From positions 1 to 64,000 of the forward strand of contig CAVRAL010000005.1 in the NCBI GenBank assembly GCA_963719085.1: a stretch of DNA of 64,000 nt, in the 5' to 3' direction. Made by a program: the position numbers and the translations under genes. Origin of the DNA: a candidate division FCPU426 bacterium (GTDB lineage: Bacteria > Oederibacteriota > Muellerivitia > Muellerivitales > Muellerivitaceae). This document shows, piece by piece, positions 28,452 to 41,769 of this stretch. The notes under the pieces are model-generated. The model was not told the DNA's origin. It worked only from the letters and a program-made list of their open reading frames with translations, and searched no databases. Position 1 is the stretch's first letter. The number at the start of each line of letters is the position of its first letter.

Positions 28452-30142
28452 ATGGTTGCTGCTCCAATTATTGTAGCGTATTTTGCTGCATGGTCAATTT
28501 ATGCTCGATCATATTTTGTTACTGATATTCCAGGAGATAAAATTACTCATATAAATTATGCATTTGCTAATATTGGTTCGGATGGACGAATTGCTATTAG
28601 GTGATTCATGGGCTGATGTAGAAAAAACATTTCCAGGTGATACATGGGATCAACCATTACGTGGAAATTTTAATCAATTAATTAAACTGAAAGAAAAATA
28701 TCCACATATTCAAACATTGATTTCTGTTGGTGGATGGGTAAATTTCATTTTATTTTTATTAAATTTTTATATATAATAATATTCTTATAGACATGGTCTG
28801 GTAAATTTTCTGATATTGCTTTAACTGATGCAAAGTCGATCGACATTTGCTCAATCATGTGTTGAATTTATTCAAAAATATGGTTTTGATGGAGTTGATA
28901 TTGATTGGTAGAATGTCTATTTAATATTTATTTCATATAAAATATTATTTTATTTTCAAGGGAATATCCTGTATCTGGTGGTTTGCCTGGAAATATTCGT
29001 CGACCAGAAGATAAACAAAATTATGTATCTTTTACTTAAAGAACTTCGTCAACAATTAGATGTGCTGGTACTCCAATACAAAACATATTTGTTAACTGTA
29101 GCGTAAGTTAAATAATTCTATATAAATATTATATTCTATTTTGTATATTAATATAGAACTGGAGCTGGTACTGAACGTATTGCTGATATGGATTTACCTG
29201 GTATGTCTGCTTATCTTGATTGGATCAATGTTATGACTTATGATTTTCACGGTAAATTTTATTTTATTTATTATACATTAATATATGTATTTGTATCATT
29301 AATTTGGTAGGTGGTTGGGAATCAAAAACAGGTCATAATGCTCCATTATATAAAAATGATGATGAAACAGCAACTGATGTTGCTCCATCATTCATCAAAT
29401 CAAAATATAATTGTGATGCAGCTATTCAAGCTTATATTGCAGCTGGTAGTACCTCGAACGAAAATAGTAATGGGTTTAGCTTTATATGGACGTGGTTGGC
29501 AAGGTAATTTGATTTCTTTTTTATTAATAGATTAAATATATTTCTATTTTATAGGAGTTACAAGCACAGCTCTAAATGGATTTTCACAAACTGCATCAAG
29601 TCAACTTCCAATGGTACATGGGAAAATGGAGTATTTGATTATGATCATTTAAAAAAAAATTATTATACCATACATATACACGTTATTGGGATGATGCAAT
29701 CTAAAGTACCATTTCTTTTTAATCCATCAACTGGTATTTGGATTAGTTATGATGATCTTGAATCAATTCAATTAAAAATAATTATATTAAACAAAAAAAA
29801 TTAGGTGGTGCAATGTTTTGGGAATTAAGTGGTGATCGTAATGCAGAACTTATTGGTGCTACATATGCAGCATTAACCAATGGTCAAACACCACCCCCTG
29901 GAACAAATCCACCAACTGCACCGACCCCTTCAACATCTGCAACGAATGCACCAAGTCCAACCGCTCCTGGATCAACAACTCAAGCTCCTACAGGAGAAAC
30001 TTCTGCATGGGCACCAAATAAGGCGTACAAAACAGGTGAACTAGTAACATATCAAGGTAAAACATATAGATGTCTTCAAGCACATACATCAATAGATAGT
30101 TGGACACCAGCTGCTGTTGCTGCACTTTGGCAAGCTCTTTAA
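28452..30142 (+). CDS. GH18 chitinase of bacterial type with Pro/Thr linker and C-terminal CBM5/12-type chitin-binding module; five introns and several indels
   Basis: KITHINYAFANI, LRGNFNQLIKLKEKYPH, LISVGGW/TWS, catalytic FDGVDIDW/EYP, MTYDFHG and GGAMFWELSGD. The C-terminus reads AWAPNKAYKTGELVTYQGKTYRCLQAHTS...ALWQ. Confidence 0.93.
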
Positions 30143-30539
30143 ACTGTCTCGTTTTTTTCTGAGTTTGAACTTTTTGTTCGTTTAATACAAAAAAAACGTA
30201 TGATACATTAACTCAATAAAAATCTATAAATTATACTGCACAATATACATGCTTTGACCATGGATATATCACAGTGACTCATGAAAGGAGATTTTCTTTT
30301 CTAACAGCAACATAATCCTTGCATTTCTATCTACTATGTACAGATCAGACTTCAAATATGCATGAATTAAAGATACGAGAAAAAAGCACAGAAAAAAACA
30401 ATACAGATAACGAACAACAACATCATTAATCCAAATAAATAAAGAGATTTTGTCGCTTGAACGATGAAAACTGATCGTGGAGTCTAAATGAAAAAAAAAC
30501 ATTCAATTGAGTTATTGATCAAGGACAAAAAATCAATCG

Positions 30540-31063
30540 AAAAATGGCAATATTAAACATTTCAGTTGTTTTTTCCTCGGTTGCAATGATGAAAATTTGC
30601 TGCCGATCGAATTGATTTGTCCAAAAAAGAAAAATTTTCTTTAATATAAAGATAGACATCTAATCGTTTTTTGTTCTTTTGAAGAGATAATCAATAATAA
30701 TGAACTAAAACAAACTTTTTGGTTGAACGTCGTTGGACATTTCCAATGTTCAAAAGATCTTTCAATTTATTGGAATTCAAACTGATCGTACTTATCATGA
30801 ATTGGATCTATATCCAGGAACTTGAAGATACTTGACAAATTCTTCATAGCTTCATTTTGACGATACTCAAGATCGTAGGTAATATCACCTGATTCTTCGT
30901 CCATTGCCTCAGGATTAGTTTCTTCATCAGTGACACACAGTATATTATCACTGTTGCCTATGAATCCAGCTTCCGTCAAATTATCCATGTAAACATTGTC
31001 TTCGATTTCTTCATGCTCATTGAGGGTGAGGGGGTGTGGGGGTGAGGTTTCTCTCAGATCCAT
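30540..31063 (-). pseudogene. Degraded ORF fragment, possibly transposon-derived
   Basis: 98-aa acidic ORF followed by broken frames, in a repeat-rich region. No family was confidently recognised. Confidence 0.25.
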
Positions 31064-32000
31064 TATTTCTTTTCACTGTATCAGTAATTACAGAATAAAT
31101 AATTAAATATTTTTCCAAAGAAGATTCGAATAAATTTATCAATAGTTTAATATTTCTATTTGGACAAATAAATTTATTTGTGATGATGACTTGTTTACGA
31201 TCTTTTTTTTAGCGATATATATTGTACAGGATATTTGTTTATGATGTCGATCATGATGGTGACGTTAGCGATGATTTTTGTTATTCAATATGTATGATTT
31301 GCCATTGGATGGAGAACAAATACTGATGACAAAAAACAGATCTGAAAGTGGTATAGGCTAATTTTTATTTAACTTGTGTTCCTTATTAACAGGAGCATTA
31401 ATATATGGTAAACCATTTGCACCATTTCTTATTACTCTGTTTGGTTGGATGCTTTTCGGTCGGTATTGCGTATAAATATGCGGCACTTCTGGATTGGTTA
31501 GAATAACTTTTCTCGATCATTGTAGTATGGTTTTTATTGTGTAAATATTTTTATCGGTATTTTTTTTATGTAAAGGCTAAATATGATTAATTATTTTTAT
31601 TTTTATTATGTTTCGTATTGTATATTTTTTTATCGTAGTTCGTTTCTATGTTTGGTTCTTTCTTTTTTTTTCAAAATTATCTTTGACTACCGATATTTCC
31701 TTTTCTTTAAACTAAACAACAGCTTATTTGCCCTGTATAATTTACGTGAATGAACGAAAAAGACCTCTTCCTTCAGGATTACATGTTGGTTCTGTTGACC
31801 GATTGAGTTCCATTAATATTGTATCTTTAACTGATTTTATTCCATTCAAACAATTGTTACAAATAAGATTATTTACATCTTGGAACATACTTGTACGTAC
31901 AACCACGTTTTTTTTACCATGCAATTCTATAACTGTTTTGTTCTTGGTGGTTGTGTTTTTTGCGGCTTTAGCTTGCACTTATTATCACATCAAATTTTTT

Positions 32001-32293
32001 CCATCAAGAGAAGTTTGGAAAATACGACCGGTTGATCCTACAACACCAATATATACCATGTTTAACATAGAAACATTATTAATAAGTGCGCTTGGATTTG
32101 GCAAACCTTATAGCCCAGCAGTTATAACAGTTATTGGTTTTTTCGTAAATTTTTGGATATCATTAATTTTTCCAGGTGTTATGGATTGGAATGAAAAGAC
32201 ATTATCGGTGCTTGTTGTTCTCGCATTATCCTGTCAATTTTTTTGGTCACGTGTTTGTCAAATTTATCGGAGATATTTTAATTAGATTGTGTT
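32001..32293 (+). repeat. Direct repeat, copy 1 (copy 2 at ~34888-35252, with an extra internal segment)
   Basis: CAAGAGAAGTTTGGAAAATACGACCGGTTGATCC...TTAATTAGATTGTGTTA occurs at both sites. Confidence 0.9.
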
Positions 32294-32654
32294 ATGTATG
32301 CCATACTTTTATTGTTAAAAATTATGCTATATATGTTCTTATGTAGTGTTATGTGGTAGTTCATATATTTTTATTCGCTTTCTGATACATATGTTCTTGT
32401 TATTTTCCTTCTTGTTCAGTTGGTATTTTCCTTTCGTTTTTCTTTTGTCTCTTCTTCGTATACATGTCACAGCTTGGACTTCTCCCTTTCTCTATATCAC
32501 ATATGTTAGAACTTTTCCTTTCTTTCTCTATATGTCATCTTTTGAAATCTTCTTATTCCATTTTATTCTTCATCTCCTCATTCTTCTAACACAAATGATG
32601 CTGAACTTATTCTTGAACTTCGTCGTGAAATCACTTGATGTCGTTCCTTATTAA

Positions 32655-34058
32655 GGTAGAAAAACTGCAAAATTACAGTGGATTTTTCTTTTCGTTTATT
32701 TATATATGGTTTGATAGAGCGTGAAAAGCTGATCACGAATATATATATTTTATTTCGATTTGATCGCTATTTGGCTGAAAAACGTTAAACAAGTTGAACG
32801 ACTACAAATGTCGTATATGCAGCTAAAACTCGTTTCTTTTACAGAAATTGTTAAATTTCAGGGTCATTTATTTTGTTAAACTTTTTTTAAATATTATATT
32901 CTGAATCAGCATGAAAAACTGAATTAGAAAATGCTATTTGATTAGACTCAAAGCTAAAAAAAGTTTAAAAAATTCGGTCCAGTATAAATACCTCGACATG
33001 CTCAAAAGTGACTAACCGTGTAAACCTATCTAGTTTTTTGTAATAAGAGATAAAAACAACTATCATATCTCGTTAGAATCGTCAGATCGTGGGCTACAAA
33101 AGTACCTATTTAGTTTTCTTAAATTTTTTTTAATGTTGAGAAAATTAAAGTTTTTTCATATTTGGTGGCAAAATCAAGTGAAAAGACGAAAAATGCGTTA
33201 GTTTTTGGGAAAATCCAATACCATAGCTCAGTAGAAATGAAAAATAAATAAGATATTCAGAATCAGCGTAAAAAACTACGTCGAATCACATATGTTTCAA
33301 AAAAAAAGAAATTTTATGAAATTTCAGCCTGTGGGGGACCCCAGGCAAAATCTTTACGAAATTCTGCTGAGGGGGAGTACAGGTCATTTTTGCGATGGAA
33401 ATATTTTTGCCTAAAGAATATGTGATTCGACGTAGTTTTTTACGCTGATTCTGAATATCTTATTTATTTTTCATTTCTACTGAGCTATGGTATTGGATTT
33501 TCCCAAAAACTAACGCATTTTTCGTCTTTTCACTTGATTTTGCCACCAAATATGAAAAAACTTTAATTTTCTCAACATTAAAAAAAATTTAAGAAAACTA
33601 AATAGGTACTTTTGTAGCCCACGATCTGACGATTCTAACGAGATATGATAGTTGTTTCTATCTCTTATTACAAAAAACTAGATAGGTTTACACGGTTAGT
33701 CACTTTTGAGCATGTCGAGGTATTTATACTGGACCGAATTTTTTAAACTTTTTTTAGCTTTGAGTCTAATCAAATAGCATTTTCTAATTCAGTTTTTCAT
33801 GCTGATTCAGAATATAATATTTAAAAAAAGTTTAACAAAATAAATGACCCTGAAATTTAACAATTTCTGTAAAAGAAACGAGTTTTAGCTGCATATACGA
33901 CATTTGTAGTCGTTCAACTTGTTTAACATTTTTCTCAGCCAAATAGCGATCAAATCGAAATAAAATATATATATTCGTGATCAGCTTTTCACGCTCTATC
34001 AAACCATATATAAATAAACGAAAAGAAAAATCCACTGTAATTTTGCAGTTTTTCTACC
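32655..34058. mobile_element. Foldback non-autonomous DNA transposon with ~640-bp near-perfect inverted arms (Kolobok-like termini)
   Basis: Arms 32655-33293 and 33418-34058 are reverse complements with a ~124-bp spacer. Flanks read TTAA|GGTAG ... CTACC|TTAT. Confidence 0.9.
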
Positions 34059-34199
34059 TTATTTATGCTGTAGATTTGTTTTTGGAGTTGAAAAAAACAA
34101 CAGTCACTCACTTTGTGAATCAATTTGGTCTTTCTATTGTTACAGAATGCTATCTATGTAAGAAGAAATAAGTACATCTATTTGTTTTATCAAATAAAC

Positions 34200-34332
34200 C
34201 AAATACGGATTCCGGTTCTCATAGTATAGCTCCGTATACGCGAGATTGTATACGGAACGTGTGTATGACCTCCGTATATCTCCGTTTCTCTCGGTAAACG
34301 GTCGTTTACGAGCCTGCCTGTTCGACCTGGGT
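34200..34332. mobile_element. MITE-like fragment with TACGG/CCGTA sub-repeats
   Basis: Ends TTCGACCTGGGTA. A related fragment lies at ~34750-34860. Confidence 0.5.
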
Positions 34333-34749
34333 ATACATATATAGATATATAATTGTTTATTTCTCACGGTCAATGCCACTTATAACTAATTCGTCCCCAA
34401 CCAGTTAAAAAAACGATTAAAAAAAAATTTGTCCATTCTGCCGCGGACGAAAGTCGTCAGCGGGTATGAAAATTTTTTATGACTTCAGGAAAAATAATTT
34501 ATTCTTCGGCAATAGACAAAGAGAATAGAACAGTAAGTATTTTAATCTATTTTTTATTTATTTTAGGTCATTTCCAGTCAACAGTTTAACGAATAGTGAG
34601 TATTTTTTTTAAATTTATTTAATTTATTTTTTCTTTTAGATTGTTTTTTTTATGGATGAATTCGATCGTATGGAAAGGGTAGGGAGAGAGGCAGAGTCAG
34701 ATATAGAACCGGTCTCGTGCCCGGTCTGATAAAATGGCTTGTGGTTCCA

Positions 34750-34860
34750 GTACGGTAAAAGTCACGATCTGTGTACCGTGGTTTACCTGCATACGCTCGT
34801 TTACGACCGTATACAGGACAAATACGGTCGTATACGGAGTCCGTAACAGGCGATCTGGGT
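34750..34860. mobile_element. MITE-like fragment related to 34200-34332
   Basis: Shares CGTTTACGA and CGTATACGGA motifs and ends CGATCTGGGT. Confidence 0.45.
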
Positions 34861-34887
34861 TGCACTTATTATCACATCAACTCTTTT

Positions 34888-35252
34888 TCCACCAAGAGAA
34901 GTTTGGAAAATACGACCGGTTGATCCTACAACACCAATATATACCATGCTTAATATAGAAGCATCATTAATAAGTGCGCTTGGGTTTGGCAAACCTTATA
35001 GCTCAGCAGTTATAACAGTTATTGGTTTTTTCGTAAATTTTTGGATATCATTAGTTTTTCCAGGTGTTATGGATTGGAATGAAAAGACATTATCGGTGCT
35101 TGTTGTTCTTGCATTTCATTTAAAAAATTTTTTGAATTCTCTTCTTTGTTAATATTTCATTCTTTATTGCACTTACTGTATGAATTATCCTGTCAATTTT
35201 TTTGGCCACGTGTTTGTCAAATTTATCGGAGATATTTTAATTAGATTGTGTT
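34888..35252 (+). repeat. Direct repeat, copy 2
   Basis: Matches 32001-32293. Confidence 0.9.
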
Positions 35253-35644
35253 AACCAATACGATATGTTAGAATAACACATGTCACTGTTAATTGTTAAT
35301 AAATATCTTAGAATGTTGGCAACTCACATTCATTTTGTGCATGTCTGCTAGTAAACCAATGATAAAATATTGAACTATTTTTAAAAAGAAGTATCCGCGA
35401 ATTCTCTTCATCAATTATATACAAGAAATTTTCTTAGTTTTTCCCATCGATTTTAGTCTCTTATGTAATAAATTTTATTCGTAACTTCGGTTTCTATGAA
35501 CAAATTTTACGAGCATCGCTTCTGATTACCAATATCATGTTGAGAAAAAATCAATCTTACCTGATTATTAAAATAGTATTTCGTGAAGTTACTTTTTCAA
35601 TTGTTATAATCTTTTTTGACTATTACTAAACTACTGCTTATAAT

Positions 35645-35723
35645 TAGGGATGCAACGGTGACGGTGAGCCACCGGTCTCACCGGTCTATCGGTGGACCGG
35701 TGACCGTCACCGTTGCATGCCTA
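35645..35723. mobile_element. hAT-type MITE (79 bp)
   Basis: TIRs TAGGGATGCAACGGTGACGGT / ACCGTCACCGTTGCATGCCTA with a perfect 8-bp TSD CTTATAAT. Confidence 0.93.
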
Positions 35724-36214
35724 CTTATAATGGTTACAAAAAAATTAGAAGGGAGCCGTACAAGGTCGGAACTATAGAAAGATAAGATACAGCTGATAGT
35801 TTCAACATTATTGGTAAACTCCATCAGTCTGACTTAGAAATTGCTGATGAAATACGTCATATAACAACAGATGTCTAGATTCAACTACAAATGACATTGG
35901 ATAGAGCTATTATAAGCAAGAATCATAGATCTTGATCAAGAAAAGAGTAGCTCCACCACTTGTAAAGATTATCTGATAAATATCAAGATATTCGAAACTT
36001 TAATTTGTTATTGAATATAATTAGAAGATAAAACACCCAATTCACAGTTAAGAATATATTCATTTAATAATCTTCTTTTTCTACAAGAATAAATTCACAT
36101 ATAACAAAGATACACACAACACACACAATTAACTAGAGAATTAGGAAGACGAAAATACATAGAAATAATAATGTACAGAGACAAAAAAGGGTTAATGTTC
36201 ACTGATCAACAATT

Positions 36215-39200
36215 TTACACGCGAAATCGTCTAAAAACAAAGAAAAATGTAATTATAAAATAAATTAATGAGTGATTAATTTACTTAGGTGCAACAGCCG
36301 GACCCTGGCGGGACGAAGGTGATTGTGTATTTGTCTAAAAAATAAAAAATTAATTTAATTTTAAAATAAATATAATTTACTTCTTGAAGAATTCGTTCTT
36401 CACTTTGACATCGTTTATGTAATATTAATGGATCTGGTGGTGATGTACATGTTAATCGTTCAACATCATTAAAAATGACATTAACACCTCCAGTACTTGA
36501 TTGAAGAACATCACCCTAATAAATCAAAAAAATAAATTTATATTTAAAGTAAAAGAATAATTTACTTTAACAAAATCAGTAACAATTTCGCCTTGTGCAT
36601 CAAGATTTTGATGTGTTAAAACATATTTTGTTGTTCGCACTATTTCATTTTTAGCTGGTGCTTGTTGAGTAGACACTTTTTTATGAAATTTTGGTTGAAG
36701 AAGAGTCTCTAGATTAAACCAAAACATTTATTTTACAAGAATAACTATCTCTTTACCTGTTTGAATTGTTCCTTGTGGTCTATGTTCAAGCCACACTTCA
36801 CGTTAATGAACGTGATCTTCGATGTTGTTGTCTTGGATGACCAACAAGAACATGTCCATTAGTATTTTCAATATTCATTGGTTCAGTATTTGGAATATTC
36901 GGACGACGATGAGGACTTGTATTTTTTGATGTTGGTGTTTTACAATTTTGAGATATAATCATTTCAACACGATGATATTGTTGTTGTTGATTTTGATAAA
37001 CATGATCCATTGGACTTCTAGAAAAAATAATCTCATCATAAAATGTTTTTGTTTTTAAAAATATTCTTTACTCGATATTAACATGTGATGATGGTGATTT
37101 AATTGGAATTAAAAATTGTTCATTTGTAATGTTATTATTTGCAGCCATTGATCGAATAATATTTAATTTATCATCATGTTGTCGTTCAAGTTCACGCATT
37201 TGAATTTCTTTATTTTTTATTTCATTAATCTTAAGAAAAAAAAGTTGAAATAAGATTTTTAAATAAATAAATGATTTACATATTGTTGTTCAATTTCATT
37301 TAATTTTAATTTTTAATTTATTTTCAAAATCAATTTTATCTTTTCGTCGTTCAGATTTTAAAGATTTTATTTCATTATTTCGTTCTTCAATTTGAGATTT
37401 TAATGTTTTATTTTCACGTTCAATTTGATTTGTTGTTTTATATAAATCATTTTGAGATTTTTCTAATAATTTAATACGTGTTTGTAAATGACGAATTGTT
37501 TTTGTTTGTTGATCATTTTCTTTTGATAAATCATCATGATCAGATATTGTTGAATCATAATCAGATGCTAATTCAAGTGTAAATTTACGTAAATAATTCT
37601 TGTTGTTCTTGAATAAGCTATTAATGAACAAAGAAAATAAATTAGATTATAAGAAAAATAAAGATTTTTACCATATTAAATCGTTGTCGTTCATCCATAC
37701 GTCGTCGTAAATGTTCTTGAAGAATTAAAATAGCTTCATCATCACCAGCTCCATCCAATAGAGAATATTCAAGTGATGGAAATGGAGCAATTAATGCTTG
37801 AGCACTAGAATGAGAAATAAAAAGTTTTTTCAATAAAATATTCTCTTATTTACTTGAATTCAGTAAAAAGAATTGGTTGTGCATTTTGTTGTTGTTGATT
37901 ATCAATTTCACGTAAAGCCCCAACACGAGTGAATTTTGGTGGAACTGGTGGAGGTGGAGGTGGTAAAGCACGTGGTACCATAACATCTTTAGTTAATTCA
38001 CCAAATTTAAGTGCATGCTAAAAGTACAATTATTCAAATAAATAAAAATAATAAAATAAATATTTACTTGAATTTCTTCATAACCATCCACAGTTGGATT
38101 AACACAAAGAATCATTCGTATTCGACCTTCACCATCAAAATAACTTTTAAAAAATGATGTTAATTTTGATTCACGATATGGTACCATCTATATAATAAAA
38201 TCTTGTATTTTTTTCAATTAGAAAAAAGAAATAAAGTTTACCTTGCTTGTACCTTGTGCTTGATTTTCTCGTAAAGTTTCAAAACATTGTCGAAGAACCA
38301 TTAATGATGAATTAATATTACCTAAATCAAAATTTGAATCAATCACGAAATTTCAAATAATTCACTTACTTGCTTCTTTAACTCGTTCACCAACAGTTTT
38401 AGCTCGATTAACACGTTCACTTCCAGCTAAATCAACTAAATGAATTGTACTAATTGTTAAATCATCTTTTGTCTATTATAAAAAAAAAACAATATTTTAT
38501 AAAAATATAAAAAATAAAACATACAAGTGATGTTGGTGGAATATCATTATGAAATTGAACAAGACGCATTGATAGAACACTATGTGATCGACTTGATTCA
38601 GTATTAATTGTGTATGAGCAATACGACGTCGTTTTAAACCCATATTAAGTAATTCAATTGCTTCTTCACTTGATACGTACTTCAATTTCTTTAACATCTT
38701 TTATATATGGTCGACCACGATTATCTTCACGTAATTGTTTCGATTGTGGTGCTCTAAAAAACAAAAAGATTTATTTCCTTGTTTAAAATATATCTAATCT
38801 TACTTATTAAGAATATCATCATCGAATAAATCATAAATATAATTATTATAAATTTCAACAAATGTAACAAAGACAAAATATGAACAATTTTCATTTAATT
38901 GTGGATTCCATAATGATGTCGTATCTAATGTACGACCATTTGATGAATCAGGAATTCTATATAATGATATTATTTGAATTATAAAAATGATGAAAGAGTT
39001 TATCTTACTTTCCACGTTGATTATTACCATTTCTAGCCATTTGAATTTCTTTTCGTTGTCGTTCAAGTAAAATATCAGCTTCACTTTGAATTTCATAACC
39101 ATTTTGACGATCAGAACGAAGAAGCTAAAACAAATCAATATAAAGAAAACATCAAAAATTCGAATCAAACTCACATATTTCTTTCCAAGATGTGATCCAA

Positions 39201-39841
39201 TTGAATTAAAAATAACATCAAATGAACGTGGAATTAAACCAGGATTATTCAATGGTCCCATCATTGTATAAGTTTTTCCTGAACCTGTAATTCCATATGT
39301 AAATAATACACCTAAATTTTTTCATAAATAGAATTAAATGTTTACTTTAAGAAATAAAAACAACATACTGTTTTTTCCTTGAATAAGATCATCAAGGAGA
39401 GGTATAGCTAATTCTTTAAAAGCAGCTGATTGTGAAACATCATCAGTAAGAATATGAGTAAATTCATAACGAGACTAAACAAAAAAAATTTTAATAGGAT
39501 AAAAGTATCAAAGACGAAATGACTTACTTCTCTAATTTGTCCATTTTTAGCATTCTAGAAAAAATATAATCAAGTATTCGAATAATGAACTATTAAAATA
39601 AATCCTGACCTCAGATGAGAAGAGAGTGAGTTCTGTTGAACTTGAAACTTTGAACATGATGATGAATTATCTGTTTCTTGATCATTATTATTATCTTTTG
39701 GTGGTCGTAAACGACAGAAGACCTTTGTTAAAATAAATAAAAATAATTAATTATCAAAATTCGATAGAAATTATTCACTTCAACAGGACAACCACCACCA
39801 TTGGCAAGTAAATCTCGCGAGCCAAGATGTGTTTTCTTCAT
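36215..39841 (-). CDS. KIF23: Kinesin-6 family motor KIF23/MKLP1 (multi-exon; start approximate)
   Basis: [24 protein letters not shown] and [30 protein letters not shown], plus the MKLP1-type tail KYVLTHQ...[21 protein letters not shown]. Confidence 0.9.
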
Positions 39842-41059
39842 TGGAGTGCGTGATATTATTAAAATCAAAACAATTTATATAGACGAAAAGAAACAAAAGG
39901 AAAATAAAAGTTCGAATAAAGAATGGAGAAAATTGGTCGAGGTACTATATCTATATTGATCGTGATCGTCAGTCATAAGTGATCGAAGAACGTATCTATT
40001 GGTTAATTCATACAAAAGACAAAACGTCATTACTATATATCAATTATGCTCTGTTTCAGAGAATATAATGAAGAAAACTATATTCAAACTTAAAATATAT
40101 AACATGCGACTGTCGTAAAACCCAATCTGGAATAATTACTTAATAGATGTCGTCGCTAATAACAACTTTTTTTTTAACCATCTTTCTCATAAAGTACTTA
40201 ACCAGGGTCACAACATCTCCTGATTTTTTAGACTTTTCTTCTGATAAAAAATCTTCTGGATCTAAAACTGCTTTTTAATGTTTTCTCCTAATTTTTATTC
40301 TTTTCATTCTCGATTTTGAAAATTGAAATCGAGTTTCACTTGTTAAATTTGTCACAGTCATTCATTGGACATTGTGCAGAACAAAGCGTTGATGGACAGA
40401 AAACACCAGGCTCAAACCCTTTGAACAGGAGTATCGCTCTAAAATTTTTATAGTGCCTGGAACATTTGCGTACATAATCTACCGATCAGATTTTTTAGTT
40501 GTTTTCGAGCTTCGTTATCAATTTGACAAATTGTATCAATTGAAGTTACCGTAACGGATATAGCTCAACAAACTCCAGGAATCGAATAACGATAAAAACG
40601 CTGTGTAATCTCTCTGACTTAAATACTTACTGTAGCATGCACAGCCTACATCAAAACTAAGCAGTGTCAATAAAGAAGCACTGGCTCCTAATGTCACGGA
40701 TTTTTCCTCACCAGTTCTTACTTGAAAATGGATTATCATGAGCAAACTAGTTATCGGTCTGAAATTCGTGATAGGCTGGTTCAAAATCAACTCCAGCTAA
40801 CCTAGCCGAGGTTAACAGAGCCCGACTTATGAGTCAACTCATCAAAATAGAGAAACCATGGGATGATATTGGCCGAGCATCTTATGTGATATGCACTCAT
40901 CATTCGAGTAGGTAGTCGAAAAAAATGTCTGCACGCAACTTTTGTGATCAGTTGACCATTTTAAAAAATGTCTTTCAATGTGTTTTGTTCCAGGGGCACT
41001 TTTCAGAAAGAAAGTTTTAAAGAAATACGAAAAGAAAACGCAATTATATATTTGTTGAC

Positions 41060-41169
41060 TAGGGATGCAACGGTGACGGTGAGCCACCGGTCACCGGTTC
41101 ACCGATCCACCGGTCTCACCGGTCTATCGGTGGACCGGTGGACCGGTGACCGTCACCGTTGCATGCCTA
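41060..41169. mobile_element. hAT-type MITE (110 bp), same family as 35645-35723
   Basis: Same TIRs, with a perfect 8-bp TSD TTGTTGAC. Confidence 0.93.
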
Positions 41170-41769
41170 TTGTTGACCTTTTCCTATTCGAGTTTGACCA
41201 ATTTAACTCCACGCACGTTATCTTTCTTTTTTTTCTATAGCTATTGCTATTGTCTGCTCTTCAATATATATCTTCCGACAATCAGAATTTTCTCGTTTTT
41301 CTTTTAGATTTTATAGAACAACCCAATTCTTCATTGGTGATCAAAATCATTTCTCAAACAGAACACAGACAAGAAGTTCTTCTCTTTATTCAAAGAATTT
41401 TCTCTTCAAATTCAGTCTAAGATCAAATGCATGCCGATAAAAGACAACAATCCTAGCGGACACTGTGAATTCTAGCCGCGTTTATATTTTGTTACTTTCT
41501 TACAAGGCGTCGTCGAAACATGAAGAACAATAACCGTCTCACTTGTCTTTAGTGCGCTTCCTATCTTGATGGAGGGTTCACTCGAGTGAAACGGTCAACT
41601 AAGGAAAGATATATATATATATATATGTATATTTGTCGTTCGTCCATTTATCTTCAGACTAATAAAACAAGCACGACGTTCATTGTTGTTGTTATTCAGC
41701 TCGATATAAGAGGAAGAAGGAAGGCGTTCAACTGTGTACATCTAATTTTCGTTCATGAGAGAAAGAACA

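Noticed and set aside
31021..31048. Telomere-like TGAGGG/TGTGGG repeats
   Set aside because: Only about four degenerate units, lying inside an ORF (PPHPLTL on the minus strand). Too short to call.
31728..32654. Plus-strand hydrophobic ORFs as membrane-protein genes
   Set aside because: They lie in duplicated, decayed T-rich sequence whose second copy does not preserve the frame.
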